From Acidobacteriota bacterium (GTDB lineage Bacteria; Acidobacteriota; Thermoanaerobaculia; Thermoanaerobaculales; Sulfomarinibacteraceae): DNA of 64,000 nucleotides. How positions within the stretch are numbered: the first letter of the stretch is position 1; the number at the start of each line of letters is the position of its first letter. This document shows positions 1-8,922 of this stretch, piece after piece. The stretch is from the NCBI GenBank assembly GCA_013152925.1, contig JAADFK010000092.1:167-64166 (forward strand), given 5' to 3'. The translations under genes were made by a program, and so were the position numbers. The notes under the pieces were generated by a model. It did no database searches. It saw only the letters and a program-made list of their open reading frames with translations, and had not been told where the DNA came from.

Positions 1-462
1 CAGGTGAGGCGCCGGTCCCCTCGCCCCGGGTAAGCCGCCGCGGCGTCGCCGGACTCTCACCGGGCTCCGACTCCCAGCTTCCTCAGGCCTGCCGGGGGCA
101 CCAATCGGCCGCGCTGGGGCCGTGACAAACCGGTCACCGGACGGATTCCGGCCGACCCTCCCGGGAAGGCGCCGTCAGGCCTTTCCCCGTCCCCGCTCCA
201 CCGGGGGCAGGAAGACATCGGTCCCCGCAAAGGATGCCCACAGGGGCAACGCCGTGGCCAGAGTGAGAAGGATACCCACGAGACAACACAAGGATTTCCG
301 GCTCATGACGGCCCCGTTCGTTCGGAGCGTTGGTCACTCCATGTCCATGTCAATGTGGGAGACAGACCATTCGAGGTTTGCCCACCCCGCCTTCCAAACG
401 TACCGGGAGAGGCTTCCCGGAAAACGGGGTAGCGCTACAATGCCGCCAGGAAGCAGAACAAC

Positions 463-3400
463 GTGGTGACCTGGCAGATTCACGTGCCGCGGCGGATCGG
501 GATCGTCGCATGGGCAATGCTCTCCGGAGCTTTCGTGGCTGCCCTAACGGCTGGATGCCCCCGCACCCCAGGAGACCCGGCCGGCGCCGTCATCGTTCGT
601 AGCGAGCCAGGCTGGGCCGGCGCGTTGTCGGGTCTGGAGCCTGGGGACACGGTGGTCGAGTGGCGGCGCGGCGAGCTGCGCGGGAACATCACCTCCCCCT
701 TCGATCTGGTCCGGGTGGAGCAGGAGCAGGCGCCTCTGGGCACGGTGGAGCTCCTCGTGCGCCGCAGCTGGTCCTGGAGCCGCACCCTTTCCATGGCGCC
801 GGGATTCTGGCGGGTCGAGGCCCGGCCGGTCCTCGGGGCGAAACGTCTGGCCCGTCACCAGCAAGCCCTTCGGCACGCCGAGGCGGGCGAGCTCCTGGCG
901 GCGGCCACCGCCTGGCGATCGTTGGCCTCGGAGTTGTTTCGGTCCGGGCGCCCCGGCGCGGCGGCGTGGTGCCACCTGCAAGCCGGCGTGGCATTGGCAA
1001 GGGACGGCAAACCCGGAGCCCGGGAGCGGGAGCTTCAGGCGGGCGCCGCCCTCATGAACGGGCCGGCCTCCAGAGCGGCCTACTGGGAACAGGCGGGCTC
1101 GATCCTCCTCGAGGAGCCTCGCCGGCGCAAGGCGGCCGCCGGGGCCTTCACCACAGCCCTCGGGATCCGCCGGCGGGAGGCACCTCGCTCCGCCGCAGTG
1201 GCCTTCGACCTGATCGGGCTCTGCCGCACTTCCCGGCGGACCCACGGTGAAGAGGCTCGCGAGGCCCTGCCCATCTACAGGGAGGTCGCCGGGGAGGGGA
1301 TGGAGACGTCCAGCGCCCTCTACGAGCTCGCCCTTTCCGGATTCATGAACGGCCGTTTCGAGGGCGCCGTGGAACACTGCCGGAAGGCGCTTGCCGTCGT
1401 GGAGAGACTTGCGCCGCGCTCCGCGCTCCGGGTGGCGCTCCTGGGGCGGCTGGGGGTTGCGCTGCACCGCCTTGGCGAATATGACGCCGCGCGGAAGGCG
1501 TTCGAAGAAGAGCTCGAGGTCGCCATGGGAATCGACCCCGAAGGGCCCCTCAGCGCATATGCTTGCAACCACATGGGCCTCGTGGCCAAGGTGCTCGGCC
1601 AGTACCAGGAAGCCTCCTCATGGTACCTCCGCGGGCTGGAAATCTACCGTGGATGCCGTCCGGGGGGCGTCGAGGTGGCTGGCATGCTGAACAACCTGGG
1701 CAACGTGGCCATGAGACGGGACGACCTGGCCACGGCGCTCCGCTACCACCGGGAGGCGCTGGCGATCCGCGAGCGGCTGCATCCAGGTGGCTCCGACGTG
1801 GCGGCCAGCCTCAACAACATCGGGTCCATCGAGCGGCAGATGGGCGAGATGGACGCCGCCCGGGAACATCTGGCGAAGGCGCTGGCAATCAAACGGAACA
1901 GAGCGCCCGACACCTCGACCCTGGCCAATACCCTCATCGAGCTGGGCTCGACGGCCGCCTTGCAGCGGCGGTTCGCCGAGGCCCGCCGTCTTTACCAGGA
2001 GGCGCGGAAGATCAAGGAACGCGTCGCTCCCGGCGGCCGGCGGCTCGCCGACATCCTGTTCCTCCAGGGATCCGTGGCCAAGGAGGAGGGCCGGCTTGCA
2101 GAATGCGAGCGGCTGTGGCGTCAGGCCATCACCGTGGCCGAGGGCGGTGAGGAGGGGCTCGAGCTCTCCGAACACGAGCTCTCCAGGTTCGGCGCCCGTT
2201 TCTATCAGTTTTACGGATCCCTGGCCCGGCTTCTCGCCAAACAGGGGCGGGCGGCGGAGGCTTTCGGCGTCGCCGAGAGGGCTCGCGCCCGCGCGCTGCG
2301 GTCCATGCTCCTGGGCGCGCAGTCGATTCCGGCCGGGGTTCCGGGCCGGGTCTGGTGGTCCTACCGCCGGGTCCTCAGAGAGCTCGACCGGGCAAGGACC
2401 GAGCATGCCCGGCAGGCCACCCGGAAGGGCCACCCGGGGGGGGCCTCCGCCCTCACGGTCCGGATCCAGGAGCTCGTGGCACGGCGCGATCTCCTGGCGC
2501 AGCGGATCGTAGCCACCGCGCCGCGACTGGCCCGTCTCCGCACCATCTCCACTCCCACGGCCCAGGAGCTCGGGAAGACCATGGATCCCGGCACTGTGCT
2601 CCTGTCCTATACCGTAGGGGAGCACGAGACACTCCTGTTCGTGCTCGCCGCCGGCGGCCCGGATCTCCGTCTGCGGACCCTGACGATTCCCGTGGGCTCG
2701 GCAGAGCTGGAGCGCCGCGTATCGATCCTCCGGGCCTTCATCGCCCGGGGGCGCCTCTCCTCCACCCTGGACCATGCGTTTCTGGTCCAGGGCAGGAAGC
2801 TGTTCGAGCTCCTTGTGGCGCCTGTGCTCACCGAGATCGAGTCCGCCCGGCGCCTGCTCATCGTTCCGGATGGCCCGCTGTTCCAGGCACCCTTCGCCGC
2901 CCTTGTCCTCCCCGGCGAGCCCCTTCGCTTCCTTGGCGTGTGGAAACCCCTGTTCTTCGACGCCTCGGCCGGCGCCCTCGTCGCCTTGAGAGCCCGTGAC
3001 GGGAAGAGGCGAAGAGGAACCGGGATGGTCGCCTTCGGCGACCCCCTCTATCCTCCCGGATGTCCCACCGTTCAGGCGCTCCACCTCCAGCCCCTCGAAG
3101 GCTCCCGTACCGAGGTCGGGATGATCGCCGCCCGTTTCGGCGGGCAAGCCCAGCTCTTCCTGGGGCGCGCCGCGTCCGAGCAGGGGCTCCGGTCGCTTCG
3201 CACCAGGGCCCGCTATCTGCACCTCGCCGTCCACGCCCGTTCCGATCCGCGCTTTCCGCTCGAGTCGGCCCTGTTCCTCACCATTCCCCCGTCAGGGGAA
3301 CACTCAGCGGAAGATGACGGCGTGCTCCATGCCTGGGAGATCATGGACGGCCTGCACCTGGACGTCGAGATCGTCACCTTGTCGGGCTGCTCCACCGGTT

Positions 3401-3690
3401 GTGGCGAGCGGATCGCGGGAGAGGGTATCCTGGGGCTTGCCCGCGCCTTCCAGCACGCCGGCGCCCGCACGGTGGTGGCGAGCCAATGGCCCGTGGCCGA
3501 CAGATCCACCTCTGAGCTCATGGATCGCTTCTACGCAGGGCTCGCCAGCGGCCTGTCCACCGCCGAGGCTCTCCAGGCGGCCCGCCGGGCGTTCGCTCAC
3601 GCGCCGATCCGCCTCCAAGACGGCAACGTCATGGACGTCCGTCACCCCTTCCACTGGGCGGCCTTCCAGGTCATCGGGGACTGGCGCTGA
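463..3690 (+). CDS. PDZ-TPR-CHAT domain lipoprotein (caspase-like CHAT peptidase with a tetratricopeptide array)
   Basis: 1075-aa ORF with a GTG start. The N-terminus has a signal-like segment ending in the lipobox LTAGC. A PDZ-like stretch follows (GLEPGDTVVEWRRGEL...LLVRR). There are many TPR-like repeats (LNNLGNVAMRRDDLATALRYHREALAI; LNNIGSIERQMGEMDAAREHLAKALAI). The C-terminal CHAT domain has His (LHLAVHARSD, codon 3232-3234) and Cys (VTLSGCSTG, codon 3388-3390). Confidence 0.8.
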   Translation: MVTWQIHVPRRIGIVAWAMLSGAFVAALTAGCPRTPGDPAGAVIVRSEPGWAGALSGLEPGDTVVEWRRGELRGNITSPFDLVRVEQEQAPLGTVELLVRRSWSWSRTLSMAPGFWRVEARPVLGAKRLARHQQALRHAEAGELLAAATAWRSLASELFRSGRPGAAAWCHLQAGVALARDGKPGARERELQAGAALMNGPASRAAYWEQAGSILLEEPRRRKAAAGAFTTALGIRRREAPRSAAVAFDLIGLCRTSRRTHGEEAREALPIYREVAGEGMETSSALYELALSGFMNGRFEGAVEHCRKALAVVERLAPRSALRVALLGRLGVALHRLGEYDAARKAFEEELEVAMGIDPEGPLSAYACNHMGLVAKVLGQYQEASSWYLRGLEIYRGCRPGGVEVAGMLNNLGNVAMRRDDLATALRYHREALAIRERLHPGGSDVAASLNNIGSIERQMGEMDAAREHLAKALAIKRNRAPDTSTLANTLIELGSTAALQRRFAEARRLYQEARKIKERVAPGGRRLADILFLQGSVAKEEGRLAECERLWRQAITVAEGGEEGLELSEHELSRFGARFYQFYGSLARLLAKQGRAAEAFGVAERARARALRSMLLGAQSIPAGVPGRVWWSYRRVLRELDRARTEHARQATRKGHPGGASALTVRIQELVARRDLLAQRIVATAPRLARLRTISTPTAQELGKTMDPGTVLLSYTVGEHETLLFVLAAGGPDLRLRTLTIPVGSAELERRVSILRAFIARGRLSSTLDHAFLVQGRKLFELLVAPVLTEIESARRLLIVPDGPLFQAPFAALVLPGEPLRFLGVWKPLFFDASAGALVALRARDGKRRRGTGMVAFGDPLYPPGCPTVQALHLQPLEGSRTEVGMIAARFGGQAQLFLGRAASEQGLRSLRTRARYLHLAVHARSDPRFPLESALFLTIPPSGEHSAEDDGVLHAWEIMDGLHLDVEIVTLSGCSTGCGERIAGEGILGLARAFQHAGARTVVASQWPVADRSTSELMDRFYAGLASGLSTAEALQAARRAFAHAPIRLQDGNVMDVRHPFHWAAFQVIGDWR

Positions 3691-4360
3691 CATCCACGTC
3701 GAAGGACTCGAGATCCGACGCCACGGGCTCGCCCCCATTCCTGGGGATCGCCAGGACCCTCCAATAGTAGCGGCCCTTGGCGGCCGGCACCGTTGAGGGC
3801 CACGGTGTGCTCGCCGTCTTCAGCTCGTCGCTGGTCCAGACGGGCTCACCATCCTCGCCCAGCAGCTCCACCACGTAGCCCCGGGCCCCCGGAACCGCCT
3901 GCCAGGAGAACCCGGCGGGTGGAGCGGACAGCTCCCCGCGAGGCGACACGACGAGCGGGGAGGCAACGGACTCACCGGAGCGCAAGCTCATCGACTCGTT
4001 TCCCGAGGGTATCGTCGGGCTGGTCCCCAACTGGGGCCGGATTACCAGGATCACGGCGACCACCGCGGCAGCGGCGACCAGGCCCGCCAGCAGCCCGCGC
4101 CACATCCGCGGGCGTTTCGTCTCCCGTGCTGGAGCCGGCGCTCCCGGATCGAAGGTGTGGGCCTGCCTCCTGACGGCCAATACGCCCCGGTACACCTGCG
4201 AACACTGAGGGCAGGACAAGACGTGCTCGAGCACCGGCTCCCTCTCGACCCGGTCCCCCTCGTCACACGCCAGCCGCTCCCACTGCTCGTCGGAGAGGTG
4301 GTCCGTCCCGGCCGGCTCGATCTCTCTGTACGCAGCACGAAGGCGTTCCAGCTCAACCAT
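3671..4360 (-). CDS. Zinc-binding (zf-HC2/ZAS-type) membrane anti-sigma factor
   Basis: H-x3-C-x2-C motif (HVLSCPQC). One hydrophobic TM segment (LLAGLVAAAAVVAVILVI). About 110-aa extracytoplasmic C-terminal domain. The start overlaps the stop of the upstream ECF sigma gene by 8 nt (ATGGTTGA). Confidence 0.7.
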   Translation of the reverse strand: MVELERLRAAYREIEPAGTDHLSDEQWERLACDEGDRVEREPVLEHVLSCPQCSQVYRGVLAVRRQAHTFDPGAPAPARETKRPRMWRGLLAGLVAAAAVVAVILVIRPQLGTSPTIPSGNESMSLRSGESVASPLVVSPRGELSAPPAGFSWQAVPGARGYVVELLGEDGEPVWTSDELKTASTPWPSTVPAAKGRYYWRVLAIPRNGGEPVASDLESFDVDVSASPR

Positions 4361-4883
4361 CGATCCCCCTCGTACGCAGCCCCCGGCGCAGATCCGCCAT
4401 TCCCCGCGCGATCAGGTTACGTGCCTTGTTGTACGGCCAGTCGAACATCTCCATGATTTCCCGAACCGAAAACCCGGCCAGATGCGCTTGCACCGCTCGC
4501 CGCCGGTCGCCGGTTAGCTCCTGCAACGTCTTGGCGATCAATCTTCCCAACTCTCTTCCCTCGACGATTCGGTCCATGTCGGGAACGCCCGTGTCCTCCA
4601 TCTCCCACGCCGCCGCCGCCACCTCCTTCCGCCGGTGCTCGTCCCGGAGCAACCGGACGGTCTCCCGCACAGCCACCCTGTAGATATAAGAGGCCGGATG
4701 GTGGATGATCTGCTCACCGGCGTTCGTAACCTTCCACAGGGCCATCAGCACCTGCTGTTCCACGTCGTCGGCGACGGAGCCGGCCGCCGGGCCCGCCACG
4801 CGTCCCACAACCGCTCGAATCAGGTGGGCATACTGGCGCGCCAGCTCCTCGAAACCGGGACTCCTGTCGGCTGGTTGGCTCAC
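4353..4883 (-). CDS. ECF-type RNA polymerase sigma-70 family factor
   Basis: 176 aa. Region 2 (HPASYIYRVAVRETVRLLRDE) and region 4 HTH (FSVREIMEMFDWPYNKARNLIARGMADLRR) are both recognisable. Translationally coupled to the anti-sigma gene. Confidence 0.85.
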   Translation of the reverse strand: MSQPADRSPGFEELARQYAHLIRAVVGRVAGPAAGSVADDVEQQVLMALWKVTNAGEQIIHHPASYIYRVAVRETVRLLRDEHRRKEVAAAAWEMEDTGVPDMDRIVEGRELGRLIAKTLQELTGDRRRAVQAHLAGFSVREIMEMFDWPYNKARNLIARGMADLRRGLRTRGIDG

Positions 4884-4953
4884 ACTGCGAGTATAGCCTC
4901 GCTTCAGGAGATCCTGGGCTCATCACGAAACTGCCGCAGCCCTTCGCCTCCCC

Positions 4954-5454
4954 TCAGACGGGCGGTACGAGGGACCGAAGGGCGAGACTCTCCAACGGTG
5001 AGAGGTCCCCGAAACGGGCCAGCTCGCGGCCCAGGGGCGTGCTGAAGAACCGGGGTTTCGGCGTGATGCCGGCACGGGGCAGGTCGAGCCGGTCGGCGTC
5101 CCAGCAGGTGGCGATGGTGGGATCCTCCGAGTGCAGCTCCCGGGTGTGACCCCAGCAGGCCCTGTAGAGAACGTCGAGGTCCTCCACACTGATGCCAAGT
5201 GCTTCGTGGCCGACGCGTGCGGCAAGCTCGGCTGCGCGGGGACCGTGATCGGGGTCGTGGGCGTCGTTTTCCCGCATGGCGTCGTGAAACAGGGCGAAGA
5301 GCGTGATCAGCCGCCCATCCGCGCCGGTACGCCGGGCCAGCCACAGACCGTTCCGCTCCACGCGGGCCCAGTGCTCGATCCCGTGGATCGAGCCCAGGTT
5401 CGCCGTGGCCTCCTGCAGGATCCTCGCCAACACACCGTTGACATCGACGCCCAT
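4954..5454 (-). CDS. HD-domain-like metal-dependent phosphohydrolase (uncharacterised)
   Basis: The ORF track gives 4954..5709. I use the internal ATG at 5454 (MGVDVNG...) because the upstream part is Arg/Gly-rich and runs into the HIT gene region. H...HD pattern (HGIEHWARV ... LFALFHDAMRE). Confidence 0.5.
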   Translation of the reverse strand: MGVDVNGVLARILQEATANLGSIHGIEHWARVERNGLWLARRTGADGRLITLFALFHDAMRENDAHDPDHGPRAAELAARVGHEALGISVEDLDVLYRACWGHTRELHSEDPTIATCWDADRLDLPRAGITPKPRFFSTPLGRELARFGDLSPLESLALRSLVPPV

Positions 5455-5598
5455 GGCCGCATGATACACGCCCCAAGCTCCCCTCTTCCGGGTTCCCTGC
5501 CTCCTCTCCTTCCCCCGTGCAACGCCCAACCTCGCCCTCGGTTCCCCCACATGGTATAAACAACCATCGGAAGAACGTGGTCCGAAGGAGGAGACGCC

Positions 5599-5982
5599 AT
5601 GCCAACCATCTTCGAACGTATCGCCGCCGGAGAGATTCCCTGCCACAAGATCTGGGAAGACGAGGAACACATGGCCTTCCTCGATGTCAATCCCAGGGTC
5701 GAGGGACATACCCTCGTCATCCCCAAGGTCGCCTACGAGGAGCTCTTCTCAATGGACGAGGAGGCCTACATCAAGCTGTGGAAGGCCGCCCGGAAGGTGG
5801 CCCGGCACCTCAAGAAGGAGACCGGGTGCGCCAGGATCATCACCACCGTGGTGGGCTACGAGGTCCCCCACGTGCACGTTCACCTTCTTCCAACCAACAG
5901 CCTCTCGGAGTTTCCCTTCCCTCCGGTCAACCGTGGTGCCCGCGCCCGCCTCGCCGAGACGGCCTCCAGGCTGCGGTTTTGA
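5599..5982 (+). CDS. hinT: HIT-family (histidine triad) nucleotide hydrolase
   Basis: 127 aa with the histidine triad HVHVHLLP and an IFERI..GEIP N-terminus. GGAGGAG RBS lies 6 nt upstream. Confidence 0.9.
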   Translation: MPTIFERIAAGEIPCHKIWEDEEHMAFLDVNPRVEGHTLVIPKVAYEELFSMDEEAYIKLWKAARKVARHLKKETGCARIITTVVGYEVPHVHVHLLPTNSLSEFPFPPVNRGARARLAETASRLRF

Positions 5983-5984
5983 AG

Positions 5985-8180
5985 ATGAGAGACCGGATCC
6001 GGACCCTCTCGGGGTCCCTCTGCACAGGCTTCTCATGGCTCAGCATTGTCCTATTCATCGTGGTGATCCTGGGAGCGATCTGCCCGCTCGGCGCGGCGGT
6101 GCCCGCGACCCTGGACGTCGCCCAGCGCGACGCCGTCAATCCCGGCCTCGGCACGCCCCCACCCGAGGTCGACCGTACGACACCCGCCGCGACATGGCGG
6201 AGCTTCCTCGAGCTTGGCGCCAAGGGCGCCTTCCCCGCGGCAGCGCACTGCCTGGATTTGACGGAGATCCCGGAGGACCGGCAGTTCGAGGCCGGCCTGA
6301 TCACGGCGCAGCGTCTGTTCGAAGTGCTGCGCGCCCTCGGCGCACGGAAGGATGCCGTCACCAGTGACACTCCGGAGGGGCCCCTGGTTGGTGGGAAACC
6401 CGCCAACTTTCTCGTTCCGATCCGTTTCGACCGGGGGGGGCTGCGCGGCGAGGTCTGGCTCCGGCGAACCGCTGACAAGGCCTCCGGCCAGCTCGTCTGG
6501 CTATTCACACGCCGCACCGTGTCCTCGGTGGCCGTCTGGTATCGCGTCATCGTCCGCCACCAGAAGATCGCCGGCGGGCCGCTCGACGCGGGACTTGGGA
6601 CGGTCCCTGATGGGCTCGACCGGTCGACGCCGAGGGATACCTTTGCCGGTTACCTCGACGCCTGCCGCCATGGCGATTATCTTCGTGCCGCATTTTTCCT
6701 CGATCTCGGCGCCTACCCGCCCGCTCGACAACCCGCGGTCGGCCGGCGGCTTGCGCGCCGGCTCCGGATCGTCCTCGAACGCACGTCCTGGATCGACGTC
6801 GAGAGTCTCTCCAACGATCCGGGCGGCGTGCCCGAGCCCGGCCTCGACGACGATGACGAGCTCCTGACCACCATTGACCTCAAGAAGACCAAGGTCAAGC
6901 TCCTCCTCCATCGCCATTTCTTCTCCGACGGAAGCTGGGCCTGGACCTTCTCCCGCTCCACCGTGGCGGCCATCGATCCACTCTACGACCAGTACGGCTT
7001 CGGCTGGCTCGGCGACCGTCTTCCGGCCGTCTTCTTCAACGTCCAGATGGCCGGCGTCGCCCTGTGGCAGTGGACCGGCCTGCTCCTTCTGCTGGTGGCC
7101 GCCTGGCTGATCTCCCTCCTCCTCACGCCGAAGCTGCTGGCCATCCTGCGCCACGGTGCCCGCCGGACCAAGGCCAAGTGGGACGATGAGCTGGTGGCCG
7201 CCCTGGACGGGCCAGCACGGTTGGGCATCATCGCCACCGTCCTGTTCCTGACCGTTCCGTGGCTCGGTCTCTCCGGGCCGGCGGCCCGGACCATCGGCTC
7301 CATCTGGAAGCTCCTGGCCCTTGTCTTCCTCGGCTGGGTCCTCAGCCGGTGGGTGGACATCGCCGTCTCCGTCCTCGCCAAGGGTGCAGCCGCTCGAAAG
7401 AACGAAATGGCCCGGAACTTCCTGCCCATCTTCGGCAGGGTGATGAAGACGGGCGTGTGGGCGGTCTGCATCGTCGCGGTTCTGGACTCTGTGGGAATCC
7501 GGGTCATGGGGCTCGTGGCCGGCCTCGGCATCGGTGGCGTCGCCATAGCCTTCGCCGCGCAGAAGACCATCGAGAACCTGTTCGGATCACTGGCCATCGC
7601 CGTCGACCGGCCCTTCCAGATCGGAGATTACGTTCGTCTGGGGGATCACGAGGGAACCGTCCTCGAGGTCGGTCTCCGTTCCACCAGACTCAGAACCATG
7701 GACCGGACCGTGGTCAGCATTCCCAACGGCACGCTCCTGTCGGAACGGGTCGAGAACTACTCTGCGCGCGACCGCTACCGCTACCGGACCACCATCGGCA
7801 TTCTCTACGGTTCCAGCCGCGCCCAGATCGAGCTGATCGTCGACGAGATCAAGAAGCTCCTGCTGGCTCACCCCAGGACCTACCACGACGACGTCCGTGT
7901 CCGGTTCGCGCGATTCGGCGATTCCGCCCTGGAGATCGACATCCAGACCTGGGTCCTGGCCCACGGTTATCACGACTCCACCGGCGTTGCCGAGGCTTTG
8001 AACTTCGAGATCCTGGGAATCGTCGAGCGCTCGGGGAGCGGATTCGCCTTCCCCTCCCAGACCATCTACATGGCCAGGGAATCCGGAATCGATCCGGAGC
8101 TGGCCAGGAAGGCCGAGGAGGAGCTGGAACAACGCCGCGAAAAGGGCGAGCTGTGGATTCCCGAGCCGCCCGGGGCTTGA
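5985..8180 (+). CDS. MscS-family mechanosensitive channel with a large N-terminal extracytoplasmic/TM extension
   Basis: ATG at 5985 lies 3 nt after the HIT stop. Several TM segments precede the MscS core (GIGGVAIAFAAQKTIENLFGSLAIAVDRPFQIGDYV...GTVLEVGLRSTRLRT). Confidence 0.85.
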   Translation: MRDRIRTLSGSLCTGFSWLSIVLFIVVILGAICPLGAAVPATLDVAQRDAVNPGLGTPPPEVDRTTPAATWRSFLELGAKGAFPAAAHCLDLTEIPEDRQFEAGLITAQRLFEVLRALGARKDAVTSDTPEGPLVGGKPANFLVPIRFDRGGLRGEVWLRRTADKASGQLVWLFTRRTVSSVAVWYRVIVRHQKIAGGPLDAGLGTVPDGLDRSTPRDTFAGYLDACRHGDYLRAAFFLDLGAYPPARQPAVGRRLARRLRIVLERTSWIDVESLSNDPGGVPEPGLDDDDELLTTIDLKKTKVKLLLHRHFFSDGSWAWTFSRSTVAAIDPLYDQYGFGWLGDRLPAVFFNVQMAGVALWQWTGLLLLLVAAWLISLLLTPKLLAILRHGARRTKAKWDDELVAALDGPARLGIIATVLFLTVPWLGLSGPAARTIGSIWKLLALVFLGWVLSRWVDIAVSVLAKGAAARKNEMARNFLPIFGRVMKTGVWAVCIVAVLDSVGIRVMGLVAGLGIGGVAIAFAAQKTIENLFGSLAIAVDRPFQIGDYVRLGDHEGTVLEVGLRSTRLRTMDRTVVSIPNGTLLSERVENYSARDRYRYRTTIGILYGSSRAQIELIVDEIKKLLLAHPRTYHDDVRVRFARFGDSALEIDIQTWVLAHGYHDSTGVAEALNFEILGIVERSGSGFAFPSQTIYMARESGIDPELARKAEEELEQRREKGELWIPEPPGA

Positions 8181-8206
8181 CCGGAGGCGTCCCGACACCC
8201 CACAAT
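8177..8206 (+). promoter_or_regulatory. Candidate sigma-70 promoter for tRNA-Leu
   Basis: TTGACC (8177-8182), 18-nt spacer, CACAAT (8201-8206). It lies 13 nt upstream of the tRNA 5' end and overlaps the MscS stop codon. Confidence 0.3.
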
Positions 8207-8218
8207 GGTCCGCCGTAT

Positions 8219-8304
8219 GCCGGAGTGGCGGAAGGGCAGACGCAGCGGACTCAAAATCCGCCGGGGGCGACCTCGTGAGGGTTCGAATCCCTCCTCCGGC
8301 ACCA
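8219..8304 (+). tRNA. tRNA-Leu (anticodon CAA), class II with long variable arm, CCA encoded
   Basis: Manual fold: acceptor GCCGGAG/CTCCGGC, anticodon stem GCGGA/TCCGC, loop CTCAAAA, 15-nt variable arm, T arm GAGGG-TTCGAAT-CCCTC, discriminator A, then CCA. Confidence 0.85.
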
Positions 8305-8454
8305 TCAGGCTTCCCATCCTCCAACGCCCGCTGACGATACCGGATACGTTCGCCGCTGTTTCGCGTTCCCGGGTCAGAGGGTGGGCGTAAGCCGGCCCCT
8401 CACCCCCCTCTCCCCTCCCGGCAACGCCCACAAGACCTCTGCCCCGCTCACGGA

Positions 8455-8493
8455 CGAATCCCTCCTCCAGCACCATCAGGCTTCCCATCCTCC
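8455..8493 (+). repeat. Direct repeat of the tRNA-Leu 3' end plus 18 nt of downstream flank (att-like remnant)
   Basis: 8455-8493 matches 8284-8322 at 38 of 39 positions (cgaatccctcctccRgcaccatcaggcttcccatcctcc). Confidence 0.8.
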
Positions 8494-8687
8494 GCAACGT
8501 TCGTTGACCATGGAAGGAGGCGTTCCACAACGCATTCCGGCGGGAGCCCCGACGGCGCGTCAGCCCCCTTCGCGCCGCTTTCGCCGGAGCCCACGAGATG
8601 ATCTCCGATTTCACGCCCGGCAGCGCAGTATGTGATACCTTCTCAACTGAAACCGGTCCGGAAAGGGGGCCGGGAATCGAGGATGTC

Positions 8688-8876
8688 ATGGCGCCAGATT
8701 ATTTGATCTGTCTGGAATGTGAGAGCCCCTGCTACGTGTTCGAATGGAAAGACGACAAGATCGTCGAGGCCCTGTGCACCGTGTGCGGCAACGAGGACCC
8801 CTCGCAGTTCGCCACCGAAGGCGATTTCGAGGAGCTCGCCATGGATGCGCGCTTCGAAGTGCCCGATCACAAATGA
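8688..8876 (+). CDS. Small zinc-ribbon-like protein (CxxC...CxxC), function unknown
   Basis: 62-aa reading frame from an internal ATG (MAPDYLICLECESPCYVF...ALCTVCGNED). It lies directly upstream of the glucan cluster. Its small size makes the call tentative. Confidence 0.4.
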   Translation: MAPDYLICLECESPCYVFEWKDDKIVEALCTVCGNEDPSQFATEGDFEELAMDARFEVPDHK

Positions 8877-8922
8877 ACCTGGCGCACGGCGCTGAGACTC
8901 CGGTCGAGGAGGCGGGTGAACG

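Noticed and set aside
175-306. 43-codon minus-strand ORF with a signal-peptide-like start (MSRKSLCCLVGILLTLATALPLWASFAGTDVFLPPVERGRGKA)
   Set aside because: It is below the ORF-track cut-off, has no clear RBS and ends abruptly. It could be a small secreted peptide or the truncated 5' end of a decayed gene, but the sequence alone cannot support a call.
5517-5984. N-terminal 156 codons of the 887-aa ORF-track entry for the MscS gene
   Set aside because: This part overlaps the well-supported HIT gene in another frame and is Arg-rich. The ATG at 5985, right after the HIT stop, gives a proper membrane N-terminus.
8219-8304. Reading the tRNA as tRNA-Sec (TCA visible in the anticodon loop, long variable arm)
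   Set aside because: With a 5-bp anticodon stem (GCGGA/TCCGC) the 7-nt loop is CTCAAAA, which places CAA at positions 34-36. The 7-bp acceptor and 5-bp T stem fit class II tRNA-Leu, not the 8/5 or 9/4 Sec geometry.
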